64,000 nt of DNA from Candidatus Spongiisociaceae bacterium (lineage in GTDB: Bacteria > Actinomycetota > Acidimicrobiia > Spongiisociales > Spongiisociaceae): NCBI GenBank assembly GCA_965202665.1, contig OZ241841.1:2208001-2272000 (forward strand), in the 5' to 3' direction. The translations under genes were made by a program, and so were the position numbers. A model generated the notes under the pieces. It had not been told where the DNA came from, did no database searches, and saw only the letters and a program-made list of their open reading frames with translations. This document shows positions 9,607 to 21,600 of the stretch, one piece after another (the stretch's first letter is position 1; every line of letters starts with the position of its first letter).

Positions 9607-12600
9607 ATGGGGCGGATGTCGGGGTTGGGTTCGGCGGGTGGGGTGCGTGCGTTGGGGTTGGGTTTGGTTGTGGGTGGGGTGCGGCGTGTGTTGGGTTTGG
9701 GTTTGGCGGTGGTGTTGGTGGTGGGTTTGTTGCCGTTGGTTCCGGTGGGGGTGGTGGGGCAGGCGCAGAAGGCTACGGTGAGTATCACGTACCGGGATGG
9801 TGGTGCGGTTGTTGGTGTGAATGAGGGTGAGGAGGTGAGGTTGAAGTTGACTGTGGAGTTCGCTGGTGGGACGGCGCATAAGGGTGGTTCTATTTATGTT
9901 CAGACGGGTGGTACTGCTACTCGTCATACGGATTATGGGATGGGTAAGGATGATAATTGTTGTTCGACGGCTACTCAGTTTTTTGATAATTTTATTGATA
10001 ATGCTATTATTGATTGGAGTACTGGTTCTGGTACTGTGTCAACGAATTTTACTTTTCGGGCGGTGAATGATACGTTGTTTGAGTATTATGAGTCGTTTAA
10101 GTTGGCGGTGCAGACTTTTTCTACTGGGGGTTTTCAGTATAATGATGTGGGGTTTAGTATTCGGGATCGGGATCGTAGTTTGGGGGTGTCGTATTCTGTT
10201 AGTGAGGTGGGGGAGAGTGCGGCGGGGCAGTGGCGGTCGGGTACGGTGACATTGAGTAGGGGGGAGGTTTCGGGTGGGGTGTTTGTGCCTGCTACGGCGA
10301 ATTGGACTTCTTATGGTGTTACTCCTTTGCAGGTGAAGGTGGTGGATGGCACGGCGAAGAATGAGGTGTCGGGGGTGACGGATGAGAGGCGTGATTTTGT
10401 GTTTTCGCATTTTAATGATGCGGTGGTTGCGAATCGGCGGATTGTTAGTGTTGCTAAGGGGCAGGTGTCGGGTACGGTTGGTAATGTCGGGTTTCGGGTT
10501 TTGTCGGAGGTGGGGCCGCGGGTGGCGGAGCCGCCGGAGGTGTTTTATGTGACGGTGGATACTTCTCCGGTGTGGGGGGCGCCGGTGACGATTGTGGATG
10601 ATGATGTGACTATTGCGTTGTCGTCGTCGTCGTCGAATAGTTCTTTTGCGGGGTTCGCGGAGAGTGACATTCCGCAGCCGGTGACGGTGACGGCCCGGTT
10701 TTTGCATGCGGCTAGTTCGGTGATTCCTACGGATACGGTGGTGAATGTGAGCGTGAAGTCGTTTTCGGATAGTCCTGTGTTGACGGGTGGGGGGGCGGTG
10801 GTGTCGTCGGGGGCGTGTCCGCAGTCGAGTGGGGATGTGTGTTTGGATGTGGGGAATTCGTTTACGGTGACGATCCCGGCGGGGGAGTTGTCGGGGTCGA
10901 GGACGGTTTTGATGACGGCGCGGGATGAGGGCGGTACGGCGGAGGGGGTGGAGGGGGTGGGGTTTGATGGGTCGGCGTCGGTGGGGGGGGAGGCGGTGTT
11001 TGTGTATGGTCATGCTATCCGGCTGTATGATGCGGATGATCCGAAGGTGATTGGGTTGTCGTTGCATGAGGCGGCGACGGGGGAGGCGGGGTTGTCGTCG
11101 GTGGATGAGGGCGCGGCGAAGGCGGTGCGGGTGCGGGCTACTATGACTGGGTCGTGGCAGTCGGTGTGGGAGTCGCAGTATACGAGGGTGGTGTGGGTGA
11201 CGCCGGGTTCGGTGAGCGGTTCGGCGGTGTTGGGGTCGTGTACGGGTTCGGGTCAGAGCCGGGTGTGCACGGGGGACTTCGGACGGAACACGGGGGAGGT
11301 GACTGTCACTATGCAGCCTAAGCCGGCATCGCAGGCGACGGTGGGGGATGTGACGATCACCGCTTATGATGATACGGTGACGGAAGACGGGGAGTCGGTG
11401 GTGTTCTGGGGCCGGGCTAATTCGCAGTGGGTGGTCGCTCCGGCCATGTTGACTATTAACGATGCGGATCGGCATGTGGATTTGGGCGTGTCCCCCTCCA
11501 CGATAGCGGAGCCGGCGTCGGGTTCGGCTCGTAGTGATTTTCTGTTTACGGCGCGGTTTGGGCAGATGGTTGATAATGTGTTTGTTCCGTCGACGTCTAG
11601 TACTGTGGGCAGCGCTTTTAGTATTTCGGATTTTTCTTTTGTTAATGGGTCGGCGCGGGCTGAGGACGATAATGGGATTCCTCTGGATTTTTATCCGGTT
11701 GATACCGCTAATGTGTCTAGGGCTGTTTCCATAGTGGCGGGTTCGGTGTCGGGGACGCTGACATGGCCTTTCAATTCTTATGCTGATAATGAGGCGGAGG
11801 GGACGGAGGATTTCAGTTTCAGGGTTTGGTCGTCGACCGCGGGATACAGCGTGGGGGTGCCTAGAGTGAATATCACAGACCCGGATTCAGTGTTGAATCT
11901 GTCGATAGACGCCGATGGGGGAACAACCGGGGTGCAGCCGTTGCGGGAGGGAGAGTCGTCATCGGGGGCGATGGCGACGGCGGCGTTCCCGGCGGGTTCG
12001 TCCACGATCGGGTCGGCAACCTCGGTTGCTTTGTCTGCGGGGTTGGGGACGCCGGGGGCGGGGGTGGCGTCGGCGGCTGATTTTACTTATGCGCCGGCTT
12101 CTCCGCTTACGGTTTCGGTGGGCGCCAATAGCGTGTCGGGGTCGGCGGCGTTGGGGGGGTTGACGGTGGTGGATGATGGTGTGGTGGAGGGTCCGGAGAC
12201 GTTTGTTTTGTCGGGGGTGGTTACGGGGGCGGTGGGGGTGTCGGCGGCGGATAGTTCGGTGACGATTGTGGATGATGATGCGGATATTGATTTGACGGTG
12301 TCGGAGTCGTCGGTGCTGGAAGGAGCGGGGGAGCAAGCGATCACCGTGAAAGCCGCTTTTAGGGGGAGCAGTTCCGTTTTGGCTGCGGCGACTGATGTGG
12401 CGGTGACGTTGGCGTCGGCGGCGTCGGGTGGGGCGGTGTTGTCGTCGGCGGTGTGTCCGCAGACCAGCGGAGACGTGTGTTCCGACAAGACCAATAATCA
12501 GTTCACGGTGTCCATCCCAGCGGGCGCCACCAGCGGGTCGGCGACGTTGCGGCTGACCGCCCGGGACGACGGCAACGCGGAGGGGGGAGAGGGGCTGGTG

Positions 12601-15600
12601 TTGTCAGGGACGGCGTCGGTGGGCGGCGCGGCGGTGTCGGTTACGTCCGCGAATATTAGCGTGTTTGATCCGGGGCAGGCGATTGATTTGTCTTTGACCG
12701 ACACCGCGCAAACTCCTGTGGTGTTGACGGCGGTGGGGGAGGACGGGGGCGCGCGGGTGGTGCGGGTGACGGCTACTGCTCCGGCGGCGGTGTCGGCGGA
12801 GACGGTGGTGACGGTGAGGATGGGGCTGGGGGGTTCGGCGGTTTCGTCGTGTTCGGGTTCGGGGCAGAGCCGGGTTTGCACGGGGGATTTCGGGACGGTT
12901 GCGGATACGTCGACGATAACCATCCCGTCGGGGGGAACGACCGGGTCGGTGGACGTGACGGTCACCCCCTTTGAGGACACCATTGCGGAGGAGGATGAGA
13001 CGATTCGTGTTGGGGGTTCGGCGGGGGGGTATGCGGTGCGGGGGGCTGATTTGACGATCACCGACCAGGATCGGACGGTGGGGGTAGGCGTGGGGATGGG
13101 GGAGGCGGTGTATGGGGAGGGCGGGGATCCGCAGTCGGGCTGGGCCACCCGCAGCCAGTGTATGACTTCCGCTCCGTTTTCCAGGACGGTGACCGGCCGC
13201 CTAGGAGGGCTTTCGGCGGAGGGGGTGTTCACCGCGGCTACCTCCTCCACGCTGGGCAGTAACGTGCGGGGGCGGGTGCGGACGGTGGACGGCACCGCTA
13301 CCTACAATCAGGATTATTCGTCGGATGGGTTCGCGGTGGACACCATGCCTACCGCGTGGGAGTTTATTACCATCGCGGCTGGTTCCACGTCGGGGACGGC
13401 GACGGTGCAGTTGGTGAGTTGCGTGGATGACGTGGCGGAAGGGGATGAGACTTATCAGATGACTATTTCCAGCCTCCCGGCGGGGTTCGGGGCGCATCCG
13501 CAGGTGATGACCGTCACCGACGACGACAGCCGCCCCGGGCTGCGGGGAACCATATCCGAGGACGCGGGCGGAACAGTGGGGGTGGAGGCTTTCCTCCCGG
13601 CGGGGTCGTCGGAGTTGACCGACCCGCAGGTGGTGTCTTTAACATCGGTGACCGCCGACAGCGCGGGGACGGCTGATTTTTCTTATCCGTCGCCTGCGCC
13701 GGTGTTGTTGACCATCCCGGCTGGTTCCACTTCGGTCAGCGGCGCCATCCCGGGGTTGGCTATCACTGATGATGGGAGCGTGGAGGGGCCGGAGCGGTTG
13801 ACTTTGGGCGGGACGGACGCGTCGGGGGCTGCGGTGTCGGGTTCGTTGGCTATCGTCGATGACGACGCGGTGATAGATGTGCTGGTTTCCCCGGCGGAGG
13901 TGTTGGAGCAGGCCGCCGCTCAACAGATCGGGGTGACCGCCCGTTTCCGGGGAGAAACTTCCGCGTTGACCGCGGCGACGGCGGTGACGGTTACGTTGGC
14001 GGGGGCGCAGAACGGGGCTACGTTGGCGGCGGCGTGTCCGGCTACTTCTGAGGATGCTTGCACCGACCAGGCCAACAACCAGTTCACCATCAGCATCCCC
14101 GCCGGGAGCACCGAGGCGTCTGGGTCGTTTATGCTGACCGCCCGCAGCGACAACGCGGCGGACAACGACGAAGACCTGACCGTATCCGGCGCGGCCACCA
14201 TCGGAGGCGAAGCCGCGGTGGTGGAGGGGACGGAGCTGACCATATTCGACCCGGGCCGGTCCATCGCGTTGAGTTTCACCGACACGGCTTCCACGCCGGT
14301 TCCGTTGGTGGATGTGGGGGAGGATGGGGGGGCTAAAGTGATTCGGGTGGTGGCTTCTGCGCCGGTGGCGCCGACGTCGGCGGTGACGGTGGAGGTGGTG
14401 GTGGGAGCGGAGGGTACTACGGCCGGGGCGGGGGATTATTCGTCGAGTTCGGATAGGGTGTCGGTGACTATCGCCGCCAACGACACCAGCGGGACAGCGG
14501 ATGTGACTATCACCCCCGCGTCGGATACCATCACCGAAGACTTGGAGACTATCCGGTTCGCCGGTTCAGCCACTGGGTATGCGGTGGTGGCGAATGATTT
14601 GGTGATACAGGATCAGGATCGGGCGGTGAAGGTGATGGCGGCGGAGGGGGATCTGGTGGTGCGGGAGCCTAGGGAGGGGGAGGCGTTGACCAACCAGTAT
14701 AATGGCATTCTCAAGTTTTTCCGGGGTATGACGGCTGTTTTGGGCGGGGTGTCGGGCGGGGTGTTCACCCCCTCCACCTCTTCTACTTACAGTTCTAATT
14801 TGGGGATGCGGGTGCGGGTTGATGCGGGGACGGCCACCGTGGGCGGCCAGACTAGCACTACCGACGATATCTTCCATGAGCACGGCGAGGCGGACGACCC
14901 GCTGGAGGTGACTATAAACGCGGGGGCCCTTTCCGGTAATGTGAATATAGTGTACGCTCCCACCGCGGTTCCGGTGGTTGCTGTTTTGAAGGACACGGTG
15001 GCGGAACCGGATCAGATCTTTTACTTCCGCCCCGCCGTTCCCTCCGGTTGGACCGCGGTCAGGGAGACGATCACCATCCAAGACTCCAACCAGATAGCGA
15101 TAACCGTGGACACTGACAGCGCGACGGGAACCCAGACCACGCTGGCGGAAGGCGCTACCGGTTCCGGTGTGACCGTTTCCGCCGCTTACTACAACGCCAC
15201 CACCTCGGTAATCACCTCCGCCACCAACGTGACTCTGTCAGCCGCCGCGCCTACTCCGGCGGGTGCGGGGAAGGCCGTCGCCACTGATTTCACCTATTCT
15301 CCGGCTACGCCCAATGCGATTACTTTCCCCGCTAACAACGCCACTCCTTCAGCCACCGCCACGCTGGCCGGGTTGACGGTTACCGACGACGCGATAGTGG
15401 AGGGGCCGGAGACGATCACCGTCAGCGGTTCTTCCTCGTTAGGCGACGCCACCCCCGCTACTATTACCATCGTTGACGACGATGACGATATCACGTTGTC
15501 GGTGTTCCCCGCTTCGGTAGCGGAAGGCTCCGGAGCGCAGACCATTGCCGTCACCGCCGCTTTCGCGGGAACCACCTCCGCTTTGACTACCGCCACCGAC

Positions 15601-18600
15601 GTAACAGTCACCATCGCCTCCCCGTCCAGCAACGGCGCCACCCTGGCCGCCTGCCCCTCCTCCACCACTGATGTATGCGCTACCGGTTTGACCAGTAGCC
15701 AGCTGACGGTAACCATCCCCGCTGGGGAAACCAGTAGCACGGCTACTTTCCAGCTCACCGCCCGCGATGACACCACCGCCGACGATGATGAGAAACTGAC
15801 CGTCACCGGCTCCGCCACCGTCGGCGGCGCAACAGCGACCATCACCGGAACGGAAATGTCGGTACGCGATCCGGGGCGGGCGATCACCCTTAGTTTCACC
15901 GACACCGCCCAAACTCCCGCCGCGCTGACCGCGGTGGAAGAAGACGGCGGGGCGCAGACGGTGCGGGTGGTGGCCACCGTCGGGACGGCCCCCGCCGCGG
16001 ATACCGATGTAACGGTCACCGTAGGAGCCGCGGGCGGCACCGCCATTTTGGGAACGTTGGGGGATTACCTGCGTAGCACGGGGGAGGCGACGGTGACTAT
16101 CGCGGCGAATAATACCAGCGGAACCGCCGATGTGACTATCACTCCGGTAGTGGACAGGGTGACCGAAGATCACGAGACGATCCGCTTCGCGGGCGCCGCC
16201 ACCGGATACGCGATAGTACCAGCTGATTTGCAAATCACCGATCAAGATCGGGTTATCAAATTCACTTTGAATCCGGACACGCAAGATGAGTTGCCTTACA
16301 GACAAAATTCGATTAGTTTGTCCGCTGTCGCTGCTTTGGGAGGCACCTCCGGTGGCGTGTTCACTCCTTCCACGTCCTCTACCTACAGCGGAAGTATGAA
16401 TTTGTTGGGGTGGAGTCCTGAAGGTTATGGTCAGAATGCTCAGACTAGATCTGTTGCGACATATGTTATAGAGGACGGTGATCCCTTCTTTTTGCATTCG
16501 TATAGGAGATGGTTTTCTATTCCGTCTGGTTCTTTCGCCTCTTCGTCGCAAAGCATGGACCATAGCGTGGAGATAAACGATACGGCGGATCCGGATGAGG
16601 GGGTGAGACGGGTGGGAGCGAGACAGAATACGGTTCCGGCGGGGTTCGTTCAGGAACAAGCCTGGTTTAGGATACGGGACGTGGCGGATTCGCGGGTGGT
16701 GTTCGGGGTGGATACCGACGGTAACACTATGGGCAACCAGACTACGATTGAGGAGGGCGCTTCCGGGTCGGGGGTGGAGGTGTGGGCGGGATGGCCGCCG
16801 GGGGTTACCAATAACCGTCACGCGTCGCCGGTCACGGCCACTCTTACCATGGAGGAGGATACGGAACCGGGGGCGGGGGAGGCGGGGGACGCCGATTTTG
16901 ATTACGCTCCGCCGTCGCCGCTGTCGTTCACTATTCCCGTTAAGGTGGCGGAGGATCTTATGGCTACGCCTCCGGTGGTGGGTGTGTCTGGGTTGAGGAG
17001 TTCTTCGGGGACGTTGGCGGGTTTGTCGGTGGTTGATGATTCGATTGTGGAGGGCCCGGAGACGATAGCCTTTGGGGGGACTTCCAGTTTGGGCGCCGGG
17101 CATAGCGTTACGGGAGAGTTGACCATCGCCGACGACGACGCCGATATTACGTTGTCGGTGTTCCCGGCGGTGGTGGCGGAAGGGTCGGGGGCGCAGACGA
17201 TAACCGTCACCGCCCGCTTCGCGGGAACTACCTCGGTGTTGACAACGGCTACCAACGTGACGGTGACCATCGCGGCGGCGGCGTCGGATGGGGCGGTGGT
17301 GGACGCGGATGCGTGCCCGTCGGAGTCGGGGGATGATGTGTGTACTAATAAGGCGGGCAATCAGTTTACGGTTGCTATTCCGGCGGGTGAGTTGGAGGGC
17401 AGTGGCGTTTTCCAGTTGACCGCTCGGGAAGACTCCACCGCCGATGATGGGGAAGGGCTGATCGTTTCGGGGTCGGCCATGGTGGGGAGCGAGGCGGTGG
17501 AGGTGACGGGGGCGGCGATGACGGTTCATGATGCGGATAAGACGATCACGTTATCTTTTACCGATACCGCTCAGACCCCGACGGCGTTGACCGAGGTGGA
17601 GGAGGATGGGGGTGCGCAGACGGTGCGGGTGGTGGCTACCGCTCCGGCGGCGGTGGGCGCGTCGCCGGTGACGGTTTCGGTGACGGTGGGCGCGGCGGGC
17701 GGGGAGGCGGCGCTGAACGCTGATTACACCCGTAGTTCCGCTTCGGCGACGGTTACTATCCCCGCGCAGGGCACGAGCGGTTCGGCGGATGTGACTATAA
17801 CGCCCCGGTCGGATACGATTACCGAAAATCAGGAGACAATAGTTTTCACCGGTTCCGCTTCCGGGTACGGGGTGGTGGGGGCTGGTTTGGGAATCGCGGA
17901 TCAGGATCGGTACATTCGGATGTCCCCCACCGGCGGTGACCGGTTTAATGAGCCCCCTGTTGTGTTTGCTGGTCATTCGGTGGGCGCTAAGGCTGATTTG
18001 GGTGGTGTAACCGATGGGGTTTTCACCGCTTCGACGGCTTCCACGTACAGTGTTGCTTTGAACAATTTGCGGGTGACGATGCGGGGAGTGACCGCGACGG
18101 AGGGGATAGCCGGGTCGCCGGTAGGGCCGAGGGATTTCGTTTGGACCGGTAATGGAGGTGGTGTCGACTCGCGGTTTTTGTCTATCCCGGCTGGTTCTTT
18201 GTCTGCTACGGCGGTTCCTCATACTTTACAGTTGTTTCGTTATGCCAGGGAGGTGGAGCCGCTGGAAACGATAGAAGTGGTGGCTACTGAGCCGGCGGGT
18301 TTCACTGTCGTCCCGGGGATTATCAGCATTTTGGACACAATTCAGACTCAGCTTACCTTGCAGGTGGATACCGATCGGGTGGAGAGCGGGAATCAGAGCG
18401 TGTTAGCGGAGGGCGCTGCTGGTTCCAGTGTGGATGTGTCGGGAAGATACCGGGGTACGAGTAACAAGTTGGGGGAGGACACGGTGGTTACTTTGTCGAC
18501 GGCTGTGGAAACCCCCGGGGCGGGGAAGGCTACCGCGGCTGATTTCACTTATGCGCCGTCGTCGCCGAACTCTTTCACCATCCCGCAGGCGGCGGTCTCT

Positions 18601-21600
18601 TCGTCGGTTGCGGCGACGTTGGCTGGGTTGACGGTTGTGGATGATGCGATCGTGGAGGGTTCGGAAACGTTCCGGATTACCGCTGCTTCTTCGCAGACGT
18701 TGCGGATTACGGGTGCTTCTTCGTCGGGGGCGGTTGCGGCGGCGACGGTGACTATTTGGGATGATGATGCTGATATTGATTTGTCGGTGTCCCCGTCGGT
18801 GGTGGCGGAAGGCGTGGGGGCGCAGACGATAACGGTCACCGCCCGTTTCAAGGGTTCCAGCACTGTGTTGACGGAGGCGGTGGATGTGTTGGTGTCGGTG
18901 GCGGGCGCGTCGGGGGGCGCGGCGTTGGCGGCTGCGCCGTGTCCGCAGGCGTCGGGGGATGCTTGTACGGATAAGACGGGCAATCAGTTTACGGTTACTA
19001 TTCCGGCGGGTTCGTTGTCGGCTAACGGAACGTTCCAGTTGACCGCCCGTGATGATAACGTCGCCGAGGGGGCGGAGGCTTTGACTGTTAGCGGTTCGGC
19101 TATGGTGGGGGGTTTGGCGGTGGATGTGGAGTCGGCTGTGGTGAACGTGGTGGATCGGGGCATTGAGTTGTCGGTGAGTAGCGGTGGGTCGGCGTTGACC
19201 GGGTTGGGGGAGGACAGCGGTTCCACCACCGTGCGGGTAACCGCCACTTTGCCGGTCGCGTCGAGTACGCCGGTGGTGGTGGGGGTGAACGTGACGGGCG
19301 GGTCCGCCACTTTGGATGATGACAGTATGTTCGGGGCGGGGGAGGATTTTCGGGTTTCTTATCCGCAGGGTTCCCCGCCGGCGGGTTACGGGATGGGGAT
19401 TTCCATTCCCGCGGGGCGGGTCAGCGGTTGGGCGGATATTGTGGTGGCGGTGAACGACGACCGGGCGGCGGAGGGGGCGGCGGAGACGATATCCGTGGAT
19501 GGGGCGGTGGCGAGCGGGAGCGTGCTGGCGGTGGTGGACACCGCTTTTGATATCACCGACAACGACTCCGGTATAACTCTGAACGTAACCGCCGACGCGT
19601 TGGAAGAAGACGGCGACGGGAGAGCGGCCCGGGTGACCGCCTCTTTGGCGGGAACCACCTCCCAGATCGGGGTCGCCACCGTCGTAACGTTGTCGTTCAC
19701 GGCGGGGGCTGGTACGGAAGCGGCTGATTTCACCGCTCCCGGGGCCGGCAGTGAGATAACGGTGACCATCCCGGCTGGCTCGGTCAGCAGTTCCTCCACC
19801 GCTCTGACCGGTTTGGGTATAACCGATGACGCTATCGCCGAGGTGGGGGAAACCATCCAAGTGGGGGGAACCACCCCCGGTCTGTCGGTTACTCCCGCCT
19901 CGCTGACTATTCAAGACGACGACTCGGTGATAGTCCTAACCGCCAGCGCGGCGGCGGCGGAAGGCGGAACTGGGTCGGGGATTACCGTGTCGGCCGCTTT
20001 CCAAACCGGGACCACCTCCTCCGAAATCGCCACCGCCACCGCGGTGACGCTCACCGTGGGGGACGGGACCGCGGTCAGTCCCGCCGACTACCAAAACAGC
20101 GGAACATACACCGTGACCATACCCGCCCAAGCGACCGGCGCCGCCGCCGGAGTATCCCTGGCCGGCCTGACTGTAAAACATGATGACATAACCGAAGGGC
20201 GGGAGACGATCATTATCAGCGGAACCTCCACTTTGGGCGCCGCTGCTTCCGCGGTGTTGGCGATCGCCGACGCCGACACCGCCCTCACCCTGAGCGCTAC
20301 CCCCGATTTGCTGGTGGAAAGACCCAACCATTACATTGTGACCGTCACCGCCGCCTTCGACAACGTAGCCTCTTCCGCCCGTACTGCGGCTGTTCCGGTG
20401 ACGGTCACCCTCGCCGACGACACCGCCACCCACGGCACCAGCAACGACTGGTACACCAACCTGCCCGCCAACCGGCAGCTGACGGTGAACATCCCCGCCG
20501 GACGGACCAGCGGCGCATCCACCTTCCGCATCGTCGCCCGCGCCGACAGCACAGGGGAATCCACCGAACGGGTTTCCCTCACCGCTACCGCGCAGGTAGA
20601 CGGCTCTGCGGTGACCGCCACTTCCGCCCGGTTGGAAATCGTCGACCAAGGCGTGACTCTGGGCTGGGCCAGCAACACCGGAACCCCCCTGACCGCCATC
20701 GCGGAGGACAGCGGAACCACCACCCTGCGCATAACCGCCTCCATACCCGTGGTAGCCCCCGCCGGAGGCGCCGTCATAGGAGTGAACATCGCCAACGGCA
20801 CCGCCGCCCCCGCCGCCGCCTCCACCGGTTTCGGAACCGGGGAGGACTACCGCATCACCCTGCCCACCAGTCCCGCCCCGCCCGCCGGATACGACCTAGC
20901 CGTCGCTATCTCCGCCGGGGAAACCAGCGGCCACAGAACGGTAACGTTGCAGGTAAACGACGACAACACCGCCGAGGGGGCGTCGGAGGGGGCTGACCCG
21001 GAAACTGTCCACATCGAAGGCGGTACCCTGACGCTGGGCGGATCCACCCTGCCGGTGGTGGGGGCCAACCTGAACATCACCGACGACGACCAAGCCCCCG
21101 ATGAAATAACCATCACTCTGCAAACCCCCGGCGGGGCCGACCTCGCCCAAATATTCGAAACAACCGCCACCACTCCGGTGGTTGTAAAAGCCGCCTACCA
21201 GGGTACCAACACTCTGCCCCACTCGGTGATCGTCCCCCTGGGAGTAGCCAAAGTCGGCGACACTGCCATACCCGACACGGACTACCGGGACGTAACCTCG
21301 CCCCCTTCCATTACCATCCCCGCCTACCAATCGCATGGAATGGCCCGTTTCGATCTAGAAGCCATCGACGACGATGATCCTGAAAGCCCCGAAACGATCA
21401 CCGTACGAGGCGACCCCGCCGACACCCTGACCGCCTTCACCGTCGGTGAAGACACCCTAACCCTCGTCGACGACGAAAGCGCCGTAACCCTCTCCCTGGA
21501 TGTCACCCAAGCCCCCGAAGGAACCCGCCAAAATGTTACCGTGAAAGCCGCCTTCTCGGCCGGCGTCACCCAAACCGCTCAGAAAACCATCCGAGTAACC

